From assembly GCA_965279525.1 (NCBI GenBank), contig CBDIIB010000005.1:416001-480000 (forward strand): 64,000 nucleotides of DNA, in the 5' to 3' direction. Shown in pieces: positions 41,083 to 50,267 of this stretch. The stretch is from Tagaea sp. GTDB lineage: Bacteria; Pseudomonadota; Alphaproteobacteria; CACIAM-22H2. Within the stretch, counting starts at the first letter, position 1. The number at the start of each line of letters is the position of its first letter. Made by a program: the position numbers and the translations under genes. The notes under the pieces are model-generated. The model did not search any database and had not been told where the DNA came from. It was given only the letters and a program-made list of their open reading frames with translations.

Positions 41083-41534
41083 ATCCCGCCGGCATCACAC
41101 GCCGCATGCTGCTCGGCGGTGCGACGGTCCTGGCCGTCCTGCCGCTCGCATCGGCGCATGCCACGCCCGAGACGATGCGTGCCGCCATCGCCGCCGTCGC
41201 GGCCGGCCGGCCGATGCGCGAAGGCAAGGTCACGCTCGACATCCAGCCACTCGTCGACAACGGCAATACCGTGCCCATGCGCGTCAACGCCGAGAGCCGC
41301 ATGGACGGCGCCGACCACGTGCGCGCGATCCACGTCTTCAACGAGCGCAATCCGCAGCCGCACGTGCTGAGCGTTTCGTTTGGGCCATTGGCCGGGCGCG
41401 CCAGCATCGCCACGCGCATCAAGCTCGGCGACTCGCAGAAAGTCGTCGCGGTCGCCGAGATGCAGGACGGCACGCTGTGGACCGCCAGCGTTGACGTGAT
41501 CGTGACGCTCGCTGCCTGCGTCGAGGGGATCTAG
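41079..41534 (+). CDS. SoxY-related carrier with AACVE arm
   Basis: Tat TRRMLL, DNGNTVP, NPQP, TRIKL..SQ; C-terminus VIVTLAACVEGI. Confidence 0.88.
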   Translation: MNPAGITRRMLLGGATVLAVLPLASAHATPETMRAAIAAVAAGRPMREGKVTLDIQPLVDNGNTVPMRVNAESRMDGADHVRAIHVFNERNPQPHVLSVSFGPLAGRASIATRIKLGDSQKVVAVAEMQDGTLWTASVDVIVTLAACVEGI

Positions 41535-41536
41535 CA

Positions 41537-41857
41537 ATGGCGGTCCCGCTCGTCAATGCGCCGGCCCGCGTTCGCCGCGGCGAAGTCTTCGAGGTGAAGA
41601 CGCTCGTCGCCCACCCGATGGAGACTGGCTACCGTCCGGGCATGAACGGCGTGCTGATCCCGCGCGACATCGTCCAGCGCCTGCGCTGCCGTTACGACGG
41701 CGCCGACGTGCTCGATCTCGAACTGTCGCCGGCCATCGCGGCCAATCCGTTCGTGTCGTTCCACATGCGCGCCGAGCGCAGCGGCATGCTCGAGCTGGTC
41801 TGGACCGGAGACAACGGCTTCGCTGCCAGCCACCGCGTCGCCATCGCGGTCGAGTGA
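41537..41857 (+). CDS. soxZ: SoxZ-like carrier partner
   Basis: HPMETGYR, AIAANP, W.GDNG; no signal peptide. Confidence 0.9.
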   Translation: MAVPLVNAPARVRRGEVFEVKTLVAHPMETGYRPGMNGVLIPRDIVQRLRCRYDGADVLDLELSPAIAANPFVSFHMRAERSGMLELVWTGDNGFAASHRVAIAVE

Positions 41858-42633
41858 GAAGGTCTGTGCGGCATCTGGGGCTGTTCCTTGCTCTCGGCAC
41901 GCTTGCCGCGTCGGCGGCTGGCCAACCCGCCCCGGACACGCGACGCTCCGGCTTCGCGGACATGGGGCCTGCCCTGCAGGCGATCCAGCTCGACGATATG
42001 TCCAATCCCGCGATGCTGTGGATCGCCGAGGGCGAGCGCCTGTGGAACGCCGCCGCCGGCCGTGCGACGAAATCCTGCGCCGCCTGCCATGGTTCAGGCG
42101 AAAGCATGCGCGGGGTCGCCACGCGCTATCCGGCGTTCGACGACAGGATCGGTCACGCCGTCGATCTGGATGGCCGGATCGACCGCTGCCGCAGCCAATA
42201 CCAGCTTGCCGATCCGCCCGCGGCCGAGAGCCGGGAACGCGTGGCGCTGGCGGGTTTCGTCGCGCGGCAGTCGCGCGGGATGCCGATCTCTCCGCCGGCC
42301 GACACGCGTCTCGACGCGTTGGCGTCCGCAGGCGAAGCGCACTATCGTCGCCGCCAGGGCCAGCTCAACCTTTCATGCGCGCAATGTCACGACGAGCGCG
42401 CCGGGGGCAAGCTCGCCGGCGTGACGATCCCGCAGGCCCACCCGACCGGCTATCCGCTCTATCGTTCCGAATGGCAGGCCGTGGGCTCGCTGCAGCGCCG
42501 GCTGCGCAACTGCATGACCGGCGTGCGCGCCGAACCCTATGCGTTCGGTTCGCCGGAGTTTCTCGAACTCGAGATCTACCTGATGCGCCGGGCGGGCGGC
42601 ATGGCGTGGGAAACGCCTGCCGTCCGCCCCTGA
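41854..42633 (+). CDS. soxA: SoxA-like diheme cytochrome c
   Basis: CAACH, CAQCH, GYPLYR.EW, LQRRLRNCMTGVRA, ELEIYL..R, PAVRP. Confidence 0.9.
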   Translation: MRRSVRHLGLFLALGTLAASAAGQPAPDTRRSGFADMGPALQAIQLDDMSNPAMLWIAEGERLWNAAAGRATKSCAACHGSGESMRGVATRYPAFDDRIGHAVDLDGRIDRCRSQYQLADPPAAESRERVALAGFVARQSRGMPISPPADTRLDALASAGEAHYRRRQGQLNLSCAQCHDERAGGKLAGVTIPQAHPTGYPLYRSEWQAVGSLQRRLRNCMTGVRAEPYAFGSPEFLELEIYLMRRAGGMAWETPAVRP

Positions 42634-42648
42634 CAGGCGCGGCCCCGG

Positions 42649-44613
42649 TCAGGCAGCCCGAACGGCGTCGAGGAAGGACGACACGCGCTTGCTCAGCGCG
42701 TCGGCCTGCGTCGCGACCTGGCCCGATGCGGACAGGACGCCGTTCGACGCGATCCCCGTTTCTTCTGCAGCAGAACGCACGCCGGTGATCGCGCGGTTCG
42801 TTTCCTCCACGCCCTGTGCTGCCTGCTCGACATTGCGGCCGATCTCCTGCGTGGCTGCCGTCTGCTCCTCGACTGCCGAAGCGACGGTCGCCGTCATCTC
42901 CGAAATGCCGCGCACGGCGACGCCGATGTCCGACATGGCCTTGACGACCCCACCGGTCTTCTCCTGGATGGCGCTGACCTGGGCCCCGATCTCCTCGGTC
43001 GCCTTGGCGGTCTGCGAGGCGAGCGTCTTGACCTCGTTGGCGACGACCGCGAACCCCTTGCCGGCATCGCCGGCGCGCGCGGCCTCGATCGTCGCGTTGA
43101 GCGCCAGCAGGTTCGTCTGCGACGCGATCGAGTTGATCAGCTTGACGACGTCACCGATGCGTTCGGCGACTTCGCTGAGCTCGCGCACGCGTGCCTCGCT
43201 CGTGGCGGCAAGCTCGGCCGTGCGATTTGCGTTCTCGCTCGACGTGGCGATCTGCCGGGAGATCTCCTTGATCGAGGCGGTCAGCTCTTCGGTCGCCGAT
43301 GCCACGGTCTGCACGTTGGACGACGCCTCGTTCGAACCGGCGGCGGCGGCGATCGAAAGGTCCTGGGCGGTCGCGGAGATGCGGGTCAGGTTCCGCGCCG
43401 TCGATTCGAGATCGGAGACCGACTTGGAAGTCGTGTCGAGGACTTCGGTGACGCCGGACTGGAACTCGTCCGTGATCGACGCCACCCGCTGGGCACGTTC
43501 GAGCTGTGCCATCTGCTGGCGGGTCGCCTGCGCCTCCAGTTCGCGCTGGGCGACCAGATTGTCGCGGAACACGATCAGGCTGCGTCCCATGTCGGCGACT
43601 TCGTCCTTGCCCTGCACGTCGACCGCGATGTCCACGTCGCCATTCCCGAGCTTGTTCATCTGAGACGTGATCTGCGCGATCGGTCCGGCGATGTATCCGG
43701 CGATGAGCAGGCTCAGCAGCACGACAACCGTGGCTATGATCGCCATCGACGCCCACAGGATCATGCTTGCCAGCCGAAGCCGCTCGGCGACCTCGGCCAT
43801 CGCGCGCTCGATGTCGGCCTTCTCCAGTTGCAGGAGCCGATCGACGATCGGCTCGACAGCCGCGAACGTGCGGCTGAGCTCGGTATTCCTCTGGTTCTTG
43901 TCGAAGGTCAAACGAACGTACTCGGCGAACGCGGCGACGTACTCGTTCGTGTTGGCCTCGATCTGCCTTTGTTGCGCAGGGTCCAGGCCGGCGGCCGACA
44001 GAACCGCGGCCAGCCGCGCGGTGTCGCGGGCGTGCGCGTCGACCTCGTTCTGCGTCTCGCGGAGCTGGAAATCCTTTTCGTGACGGCGCAGCTGGAGGAC
44101 GAGCACTACGACCGCATCGCGCCCGAGCTTGTTCAGCTCGGTCTCCGCGGTCTGCACGGCCCGACGCATGACTGCCTGTTGCCCCAGGTTCTGGTTGAGT
44201 CCGAGCCTCGTCATCGTCGCGGCAAGTTCGTCGAACGTCTTCGAGTAGACGGCGATGCCGGCGGCAAGCTGGTCGTAGACCGGCGCGTTCTGCGGGCCCG
44301 CAAGCCCCTTCAGGTGCGATATCGCCTTGTTGACGTTGCCGACGGCCTCGCGATGGCGCGCGACCTCCCTGTCGTCCCGCCGCAGCAGGAAGTCCTTCTC
44401 GTGCCGGCGCATCTGGAGCAGGAGCGTGTCGAATTCGCGCAACCCGTCCGCACGCGCTTCGCCCAGATCCCGCATCTCGGTTGCCGTGTCGGCAATGCGG
44501 GCCTGATAGCCGACCATGGCACCGAGCACCGCGAAACCAACCACCGAGATACCGGCCAGCAGCAGCAACTTCCTTCTGATTTTCAATCTTGCAAGGAACG
44601 CGCGCATTTTCAT
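42649..44613 (-). CDS. Methyl-accepting chemotaxis protein (HBM-like sensor, HAMP)
   Basis: Two TM helices, [34 protein letters not shown]. Confidence 0.93.
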   Translation of the reverse strand: MKMRAFLARLKIRRKLLLLAGISVVGFAVLGAMVGYQARIADTATEMRDLGEARADGLREFDTLLLQMRRHEKDFLLRRDDREVARHREAVGNVNKAISHLKGLAGPQNAPVYDQLAAGIAVYSKTFDELAATMTRLGLNQNLGQQAVMRRAVQTAETELNKLGRDAVVVLVLQLRRHEKDFQLRETQNEVDAHARDTARLAAVLSAAGLDPAQQRQIEANTNEYVAAFAEYVRLTFDKNQRNTELSRTFAAVEPIVDRLLQLEKADIERAMAEVAERLRLASMILWASMAIIATVVVLLSLLIAGYIAGPIAQITSQMNKLGNGDVDIAVDVQGKDEVADMGRSLIVFRDNLVAQRELEAQATRQQMAQLERAQRVASITDEFQSGVTEVLDTTSKSVSDLESTARNLTRISATAQDLSIAAAAGSNEASSNVQTVASATEELTASIKEISRQIATSSENANRTAELAATSEARVRELSEVAERIGDVVKLINSIASQTNLLALNATIEAARAGDAGKGFAVVANEVKTLASQTAKATEEIGAQVSAIQEKTGGVVKAMSDIGVAVRGISEMTATVASAVEEQTAATQEIGRNVEQAAQGVEETNRAITGVRSAAEETGIASNGVLSASGQVATQADALSKRVSSFLDAVRAA

Positions 44614-44647
44614 CCTCCCGGGATGGTTGGCTTCGACGTTGACTTCG

Positions 44648-45385
44648 TCAGCAGGCCGTATGGACCTTGCGTGACGTAGCGCCGCCAGTGCCGGCGGCCG
44701 GCGTTCCGTCGCGGTACGGCACGACGGGCAGATCGTTGAACGTTTCAGGTGTTCCCCGGCCAAGATCGACGAAGGCGCGGAACATGACCGTGCGGTAGTT
44801 CGAGAAATCCGACTTGTCCCAGCTCCAGCCGAAATCGTCGAGTGGCGAGAAGACGACGTACACGTAGCGGACATCGTCGGAGCCGGACTGGTCGCGGACC
44901 GGCACGTTCAGCACCTCGAACAGCCGCTCGCGGCCGCGGTCGCTCGATGCGACGAGGTTGGTGACCATCGCGCATCCGTGCGCGGCGATCGCCACATAGG
45001 CCTCGGCTGCAGAGTTCCGGCGTGCGGCCGGAACCAGGTCGAGATAACGCCGGCCCGTCGGGTCGAGACCGATGAAACCGCAATACTCGGTCCCGGCCAG
45101 CCGGTAGACCGGATCGAGCGGATTCGAGATGTCGAGGATGGCCATGCGGGGCAGGCAGGTGCGCAGCGCGCCCGGATCGATCGACGCCCGGGTCGGCAAC
45201 TGCCCGCCAACCCGTTCCATTTCGGCGCGGAAATGACCCAGCAGCGTGCGGGAAGCCGCGTTCTTCAGCGTTGCATCGGCTTGCGCCAGGCTGTCGATCC
45301 GACATGCTGTCATTTCGCGCTTCCCCGGCAACTGCATGGTCCCCTGCGGGACCTCTTGTTTGGTAAAGACGTGGATAACCTTCAT
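44648..45385 (-). CDS. Stand-alone PAS_5 (DUF1457-type) domain protein
   Basis: LPTRASIDP...LP, YRLAGT...GLDPTG; start uncertain. Confidence 0.75.
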   Translation of the reverse strand: MKVIHVFTKQEVPQGTMQLPGKREMTACRIDSLAQADATLKNAASRTLLGHFRAEMERVGGQLPTRASIDPGALRTCLPRMAILDISNPLDPVYRLAGTEYCGFIGLDPTGRRYLDLVPAARRNSAAEAYVAIAAHGCAMVTNLVASSDRGRERLFEVLNVPVRDQSGSDDVRYVYVVFSPLDDFGWSWDKSDFSNYRTVMFRAFVDLGRGTPETFNDLPVVPYRDGTPAAGTGGATSRKVHTAC

Positions 45386-45546
45386 TTGCCGTCCTCGCGA
45401 ACCGGCAGACGTATCCGCCGGAACGCCATTCGCGCAGACGCGATATACCTTCGTCTATTGGCCGGATACCGGGATGCGGACGCGCAACGAGGCATTGAGC
45501 CACCGGAGACCTCCCGCCACACTGGGCTCCTGAGGAAAGTGCCCAA

Positions 45547-46116
45547 ATGGCCCGGGAGTTCGCGATGAAAGACCATCTGATGGCTCCGGTCTCGATCGAG
45601 GTGATCCTGGACGGGGGCGGCATGGTCCTGCACCAGCAATGCGAACCGACATTCCCGGGAGCGCCGGACAGGCTCGTGGGCCGGGACATCGCGGCCTTGC
45701 TGCCGCTTGGCGAGGAGTCGGCATTGCGTCGCTGTCTTGGCAGAACCGTGCCGGCCGACGGTGCTTCCGGACTCGATCTCGTCGCATTTCCGGACGCGCG
45801 CCCGATGCTGTTGCGGTTCTACATCCTGCCGGACGGTGCGGGCAGCCGGCGCGTGCTGTTTTCGGCCGACGGCACCTTGAACGGCTTCAACGGCGTGCTG
45901 CGCGCGGCACTCGGGGCCGTCCACGAACTGAACAACACGATCGGGACGATCGCCGGCTTCGCCGACCTGTTGAAGGACGGGAGCCTGCCCGCCGACAAGT
46001 CGCGCCGCTATCTCGATCGGATAGAAACTTCGGTCCAGGAAGCGCGGGAAATCGGCGAGAAGCTGTCGCGCGACATGCGACGGCTCGCCGCCGAAACCGC
46101 GCGGGCGGCTACCTGA
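45547..46116 (+). CDS. PAS-like plus HisKA dimerisation domain protein, no ATPase domain
   Basis: LVGRDIAALLP; H-box VHELNNTIGTIAGFADLL; ends ~60 aa later. Confidence 0.65.
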   Translation: MAREFAMKDHLMAPVSIEVILDGGGMVLHQQCEPTFPGAPDRLVGRDIAALLPLGEESALRRCLGRTVPADGASGLDLVAFPDARPMLLRFYILPDGAGSRRVLFSADGTLNGFNGVLRAALGAVHELNNTIGTIAGFADLLKDGSLPADKSRRYLDRIETSVQEAREIGEKLSRDMRRLAAETARAAT

Positions 46117-46723
46117 CAAGGCCTTCTTTCAGCGCGAAGGTCGCAAGCTGGGTGCGGTTCTTGAGTTTCGTGCGGTCGAGGATGCGCGTGAGGTTCATCT
46201 TGATCGTGACTTCCTGGAGACCAAGTTCGCGCGCGATCTGCTTGTTCGAACGTCCGTCGGTGACGGAGCGGATGATCGCCATCTCGCGTTCCGAGAAACC
46301 CGCCGCGCGCCTTTCGTGAGCCTCGGAAACGCCCTTTTCGACCCGCGGGAAGTAGCTTCCGCCCGCGATGACCAGCCGGATTGCCGAGCACAGCAACCTC
46401 GTTTCGAGCGACTTGGGCAGGAACGCGTTGAAGCCCGCCTCCTGCACGAGAAGGACGGTGTTCGGATCGCTCTCGCCGGAAATGATCGCAAGCGGTCCTT
46501 CACCGACAAGTGCGCGCAACCGGACGGCCGCATCGCGAAGTTCGACACCGGGCATGTCGAGATCCATCAGCACGAGCGCGCAATCCACGTCGCCCTGCAG
46601 ATGGACCAGCATCTCGTCGAAGCTCGCCGCCCGCTGCCAGCTTGCGACGACGCCATCGCGCTCGAGAAGGCCGATCAGGGCCTCGACGAAGATCGGATGA
46701 TCGTCGGCAATGAGGATTCGCAT
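46109..46723 (-). CDS. NarL/LuxR family response regulator
   Basis: ILIADDH, LMDLDMPG, FLPK, FSERE...GRSNKQIAREL...TIK. Confidence 0.92.
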   Translation of the reverse strand: MRILIADDHPIFVEALIGLLERDGVVASWQRAASFDEMLVHLQGDVDCALVLMDLDMPGVELRDAAVRLRALVGEGPLAIISGESDPNTVLLVQEAGFNAFLPKSLETRLLCSAIRLVIAGGSYFPRVEKGVSEAHERRAAGFSEREMAIIRSVTDGRSNKQIARELGLQEVTIKMNLTRILDRTKLKNRTQLATFALKEGLVR

Positions 46724-46882
46724 CGGTTCCTGTCGTTCTCGACGGCTTGACCGGCACTGACAACCCGTTGAGCATACAATCAACAAGGCTGCGCCGGAAC
46801 GGTTGCGGGAAAACCGTCGACCAGTTCCGGCTTCAACGACCCAAAGGGAGGAATATATCTGAATTAACAATAATTTAGATAC

Positions 46883-49513
46883 ATGCCGCATGTTTCAGCG
46901 TCTCGGTCCGCCCCGCCTCCCCCAACTCCGCGAGAAACGCCGCCCGTGCTTCTCTGGCTCCTTTCCGGCACCTTTTCGGCCCTGACGGCGGCGATCTGCC
47001 TCGTTCTCGTGCGCTATCGCGCGGGCCGGCCGTGGCTGCTGTTTTTCGCCGTTTCGAGCGCGTTCTTCGCCATGACGGCGCTGCTCGCCGCCTACGTACC
47101 GAGCGTCGACGCGTCCCAGATCCGCATGCAGGGCACGATGCCTGCGATCCTGACGACGACGACCGGGTTCATCGTCTTCGCGGTCTATGCCGTCTTGAGC
47201 CTCGAGAACGCGAAACTCTCCCTTCGCCAGGCCACGCTCGTCACGATCGTCGCCGCTGCAACGCTGAATGCCGTCGATGCCGCCTTCGGCAGCAAGCTCG
47301 CGTTCGGATGCATCCTCGTCGGGAACGTCGCTTCAGGTGCGTACATCGCAAGCCGGCTCATGCGACGGGGGTCCGTCTTCTACGTCTTCGCCGGAGCCGT
47401 GTTCGCCGTGCGCGCGGCCAACGGCCTGCTGACGCTGATCGTCGGGCTCGGCCATCCCGATCCGCTGCTGGTCGAGATCATCCGCCATGTCAGCGTCGGC
47501 GCCAACCTGGCGACGGCGCTTTCGGTGCTGCTGATCGAGTTCGACGACACGCGCCGCAGCCTGATCGAGACGCGCGACACGCTGGCCATCGCGCTCGAGC
47601 GCACCGAGGCGCTGTCGCAGAGTCGCGCCGAAATCAACCGGCAGCTGGCATCCGTCCTCGACAGCACGCTCGTCGGGATCTATTCGGTGCGCGACGGTCG
47701 CGTCGTTTCGGCCAACCGGCGCGCCGAGGAGATGCTCGACGCGGGCGAAGGCGAGCTCGTCGGCAAACCGATCGGATCGCATTTCTCCGCGATTGACGCA
47801 TATCGCGATTTCGAGGCGCGCGCGGCAAGCCCGACGGAAAGCCGGATCCCGATTGCGGGCGAGTTCGAGATCCTGCGACCCGGCAGCGATACGCGCTGGA
47901 TTCTGCTTTCAGGCCGCGCCGCAACCGACGGTGCGGAGCCGGCGGAAAGCGTTTGGATGATGGTCGACATCTCCGATCGCAAGCTGGCCGAGCTGGCACT
48001 GCGCCAGAGCGAGCGGAAGTTCCAGTCCCTGTTCCGCGATTCGCCGATCGCGATGACGATCCGCGATTCTCGCGAACGCCGCATCATCCAGGTCAACCCG
48101 GCCTGGGAACGCCTGACCGGGTGGACGGCCATGGAAGCGTTCGGGCGGACCTCCGCGGAACTCGGCCTTTACGTCCGCGCTGCCGACCGCGACAGGGTCG
48201 CAGCCGCGCGCAGCCGGCAAGGTATCGACGAAGTGCAGGTGGACATCAAGACCAAGACAGGCGAGGTGAAGACCGTCCAGCTGCGCGGCAATCCGCTGGC
48301 TGGCTACGATCCGGACCTCTACATCGTCATGACGGTCGACATCACCGAACAGATCCGGCTCGAGACCCAATTGCGCCACGCCCAGAAGCTCGAGGCGATC
48401 GGCCAGCTCACCGGCGGCATCGCACACGATTTCAACAATCTTCTTGCCGTCATCCTCGGCAATCTCGAAGCACTGCAGAAGAATCTCGTCGGCAGCGAGC
48501 GTGCGCGACTCGACAAGGCGATCCTCGCCGCCGAGCGCGGCGCTTCGCTGACGCGCAACCTGCTTGCCTTCGCGAGACGCCAGCCGCTTGCCTCGAGCGC
48601 CGTTTCGATCCAGGCCGTCCTCGGCGACATGATGCCGCTGCTTCGCACTTTCGTCGACGACCGGATATCCCTCGATATTCGCATCGACGAGGATCCGCCG
48701 GCCGTCCAGATCGACGGCGGCATGCTTCAGAATGCAGTCATCAATCTGGTCGTCAATGCGCGCGATGCGCTGGCGCAGGGCGGGCGCATCGAGCTCGGCG
48801 TGGCCTGCCGCAAGTTCGACGCCGGGACGGTGCAGGGCAAGCGGAAGGTGCCGCCGGGCCGCTATGTCGAAGTGACCGTCGGCGACAACGGAACGGGTAT
48901 CGACGAGAAGCTGATCGATCGCATTTTCGAGCCTTTCTTCACCACGAAGGATCTGGGAAGCGGCACTGGCCTCGGGCTCAGCATGGTGCATGGGTTCGTC
49001 GAGCAGTCCGGCGGCCATCTGTGGGTCGAATCGGCGCTCGGGACGGGCACGAAAGTCCATCTGCTGTTTCCGGCGGCGGGCGTCGTGCTTCCGGCGCTGT
49101 CCGTGCCTGCCTCACCGGACTTGCCGGACGGAGCCGGGCGCCATGTCCTCGTCGTCGAGGACAATGCGGGGGTCGCCGCACTTGTCGGCGAAATTCTCGA
49201 CGGCTTCGGTTTCGCGACCAGCCTGATCCGGACGGCGCCGGAGGCCGTCGAGACGCTGCGCGGCGACGGGGCCATCGACATTCTCGTGACCGATATCGTA
49301 CTGCCCGGCAACATGAACGGCTGCCAGCTCGTCGAGGCGGCGCGTACGCTTCGCCCCGGCCTAGCCTGCATCCTGATGTCGGGCTATCCGCGCGATGCGC
49401 TCGAAAGCATGGATCTGCTCGACTCGGTACCCTTGCTGCGCAAGCCGTTCCGGTCAGCCGACATGGCCCAGGCGCTGCGCCAGGTACTCGCCGGACCCGA
49501 AGCGACACGCTGA
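46883..49513 (+). CDS. Membrane-bound hybrid sensor histidine kinase (2 PAS, HisKA, HATPase, REC)
   Basis: Multi-TM N-terminus, AHDFNNLL, NARDA, DNGTG, FFTTK, GLGLS, VEDN/TDIVLPG/KP. Confidence 0.92.
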   Translation: MPHVSASRSAPPPPTPRETPPVLLWLLSGTFSALTAAICLVLVRYRAGRPWLLFFAVSSAFFAMTALLAAYVPSVDASQIRMQGTMPAILTTTTGFIVFAVYAVLSLENAKLSLRQATLVTIVAAATLNAVDAAFGSKLAFGCILVGNVASGAYIASRLMRRGSVFYVFAGAVFAVRAANGLLTLIVGLGHPDPLLVEIIRHVSVGANLATALSVLLIEFDDTRRSLIETRDTLAIALERTEALSQSRAEINRQLASVLDSTLVGIYSVRDGRVVSANRRAEEMLDAGEGELVGKPIGSHFSAIDAYRDFEARAASPTESRIPIAGEFEILRPGSDTRWILLSGRAATDGAEPAESVWMMVDISDRKLAELALRQSERKFQSLFRDSPIAMTIRDSRERRIIQVNPAWERLTGWTAMEAFGRTSAELGLYVRAADRDRVAAARSRQGIDEVQVDIKTKTGEVKTVQLRGNPLAGYDPDLYIVMTVDITEQIRLETQLRHAQKLEAIGQLTGGIAHDFNNLLAVILGNLEALQKNLVGSERARLDKAILAAERGASLTRNLLAFARRQPLASSAVSIQAVLGDMMPLLRTFVDDRISLDIRIDEDPPAVQIDGGMLQNAVINLVVNARDALAQGGRIELGVACRKFDAGTVQGKRKVPPGRYVEVTVGDNGTGIDEKLIDRIFEPFFTTKDLGSGTGLGLSMVHGFVEQSGGHLWVESALGTGTKVHLLFPAAGVVLPALSVPASPDLPDGAGRHVLVVEDNAGVAALVGEILDGFGFATSLIRTAPEAVETLRGDGAIDILVTDIVLPGNMNGCQLVEAARTLRPGLACILMSGYPRDALESMDLLDSVPLLRKPFRSADMAQALRQVLAGPEATR

Positions 49514-49635
49514 CGCAGATACCGAGGTATATGCGCCGGGCAGGACGGCTAACCGCACCGAAAATGCCCGACCCGGTGACGGTTCGTTAACGACCTTGGC
49601 CCTATCAGACACGCCCCAAGACGAACGATGGATGC

Positions 49636-50259
49636 GTGAAAGTGACGATCGAGACTTGCCATGAATTCAAGCGGCGCCGCGACCTCTGGTTTGACGACAT
49701 CCTGGCCGGGCGCACCGACAGGATCGACAGGACGTTCGCGAAGTCTGGTGCTTCGAGTCCGTCCACGCTCTGGACGCCCAGGGCCGAGGAAGCCCAGACC
49801 GCGCCGATCCACCACCTGATCCGCTATTTCGAAGGGAAGATCGCGGCGGGCGCGCGCGCGGCGGCAGCATCTCTCGATCCGGCCGAGTTCCGGCCCGCAC
49901 TCGGTTACGTGAACGTCGTCGAGCCGGTCGACGGAGGCCGAGATTTCCGATTTCGCATTTTCGGAACGTTCGTCGCCGCGGTCACCGGCTGCGACCTGAC
50001 GGGCCAACTCCTGTCGCAGATGCCGGCAAGCGACTATGTCGTCGACCATGCGCTGGCCTGCTACCGCGCCGCCCATGCGCGCCGCCTGCCGCTCCTGACC
50101 TCGCGCATCCCGCTGGGTGCGGCGAACACGCGGCGCTGGGAACGGCTCCTGCTGCCGTTCGTCGATCCCTCCGGCGCCGTTTCGCGGCTGCTTGTCGGCA
50201 CCGTGCCGATCGGCGTGGCCGGCATGCCGATGCGCCCGCAGCTTCTGGCGGGCGCCTGA
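49636..50259 (+). CDS. Stand-alone PAS_5 domain protein
   Basis: LDPAEFRPALG, FRFRIFGT...GCDLTG, WERLLLPF. Confidence 0.75.
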   Translation: MKVTIETCHEFKRRRDLWFDDILAGRTDRIDRTFAKSGASSPSTLWTPRAEEAQTAPIHHLIRYFEGKIAAGARAAAASLDPAEFRPALGYVNVVEPVDGGRDFRFRIFGTFVAAVTGCDLTGQLLSQMPASDYVVDHALACYRAAHARRLPLLTSRIPLGAANTRRWERLLLPFVDPSGAVSRLLVGTVPIGVAGMPMRPQLLAGA

Positions 50260-50267
50260 CGGACGCG

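Noticed and set aside
40633-42633. Canonical thiosulfate-oxidising sox operon
   Set aside because: SoxY lacks GGCGG and soxB/C/D are absent from the window
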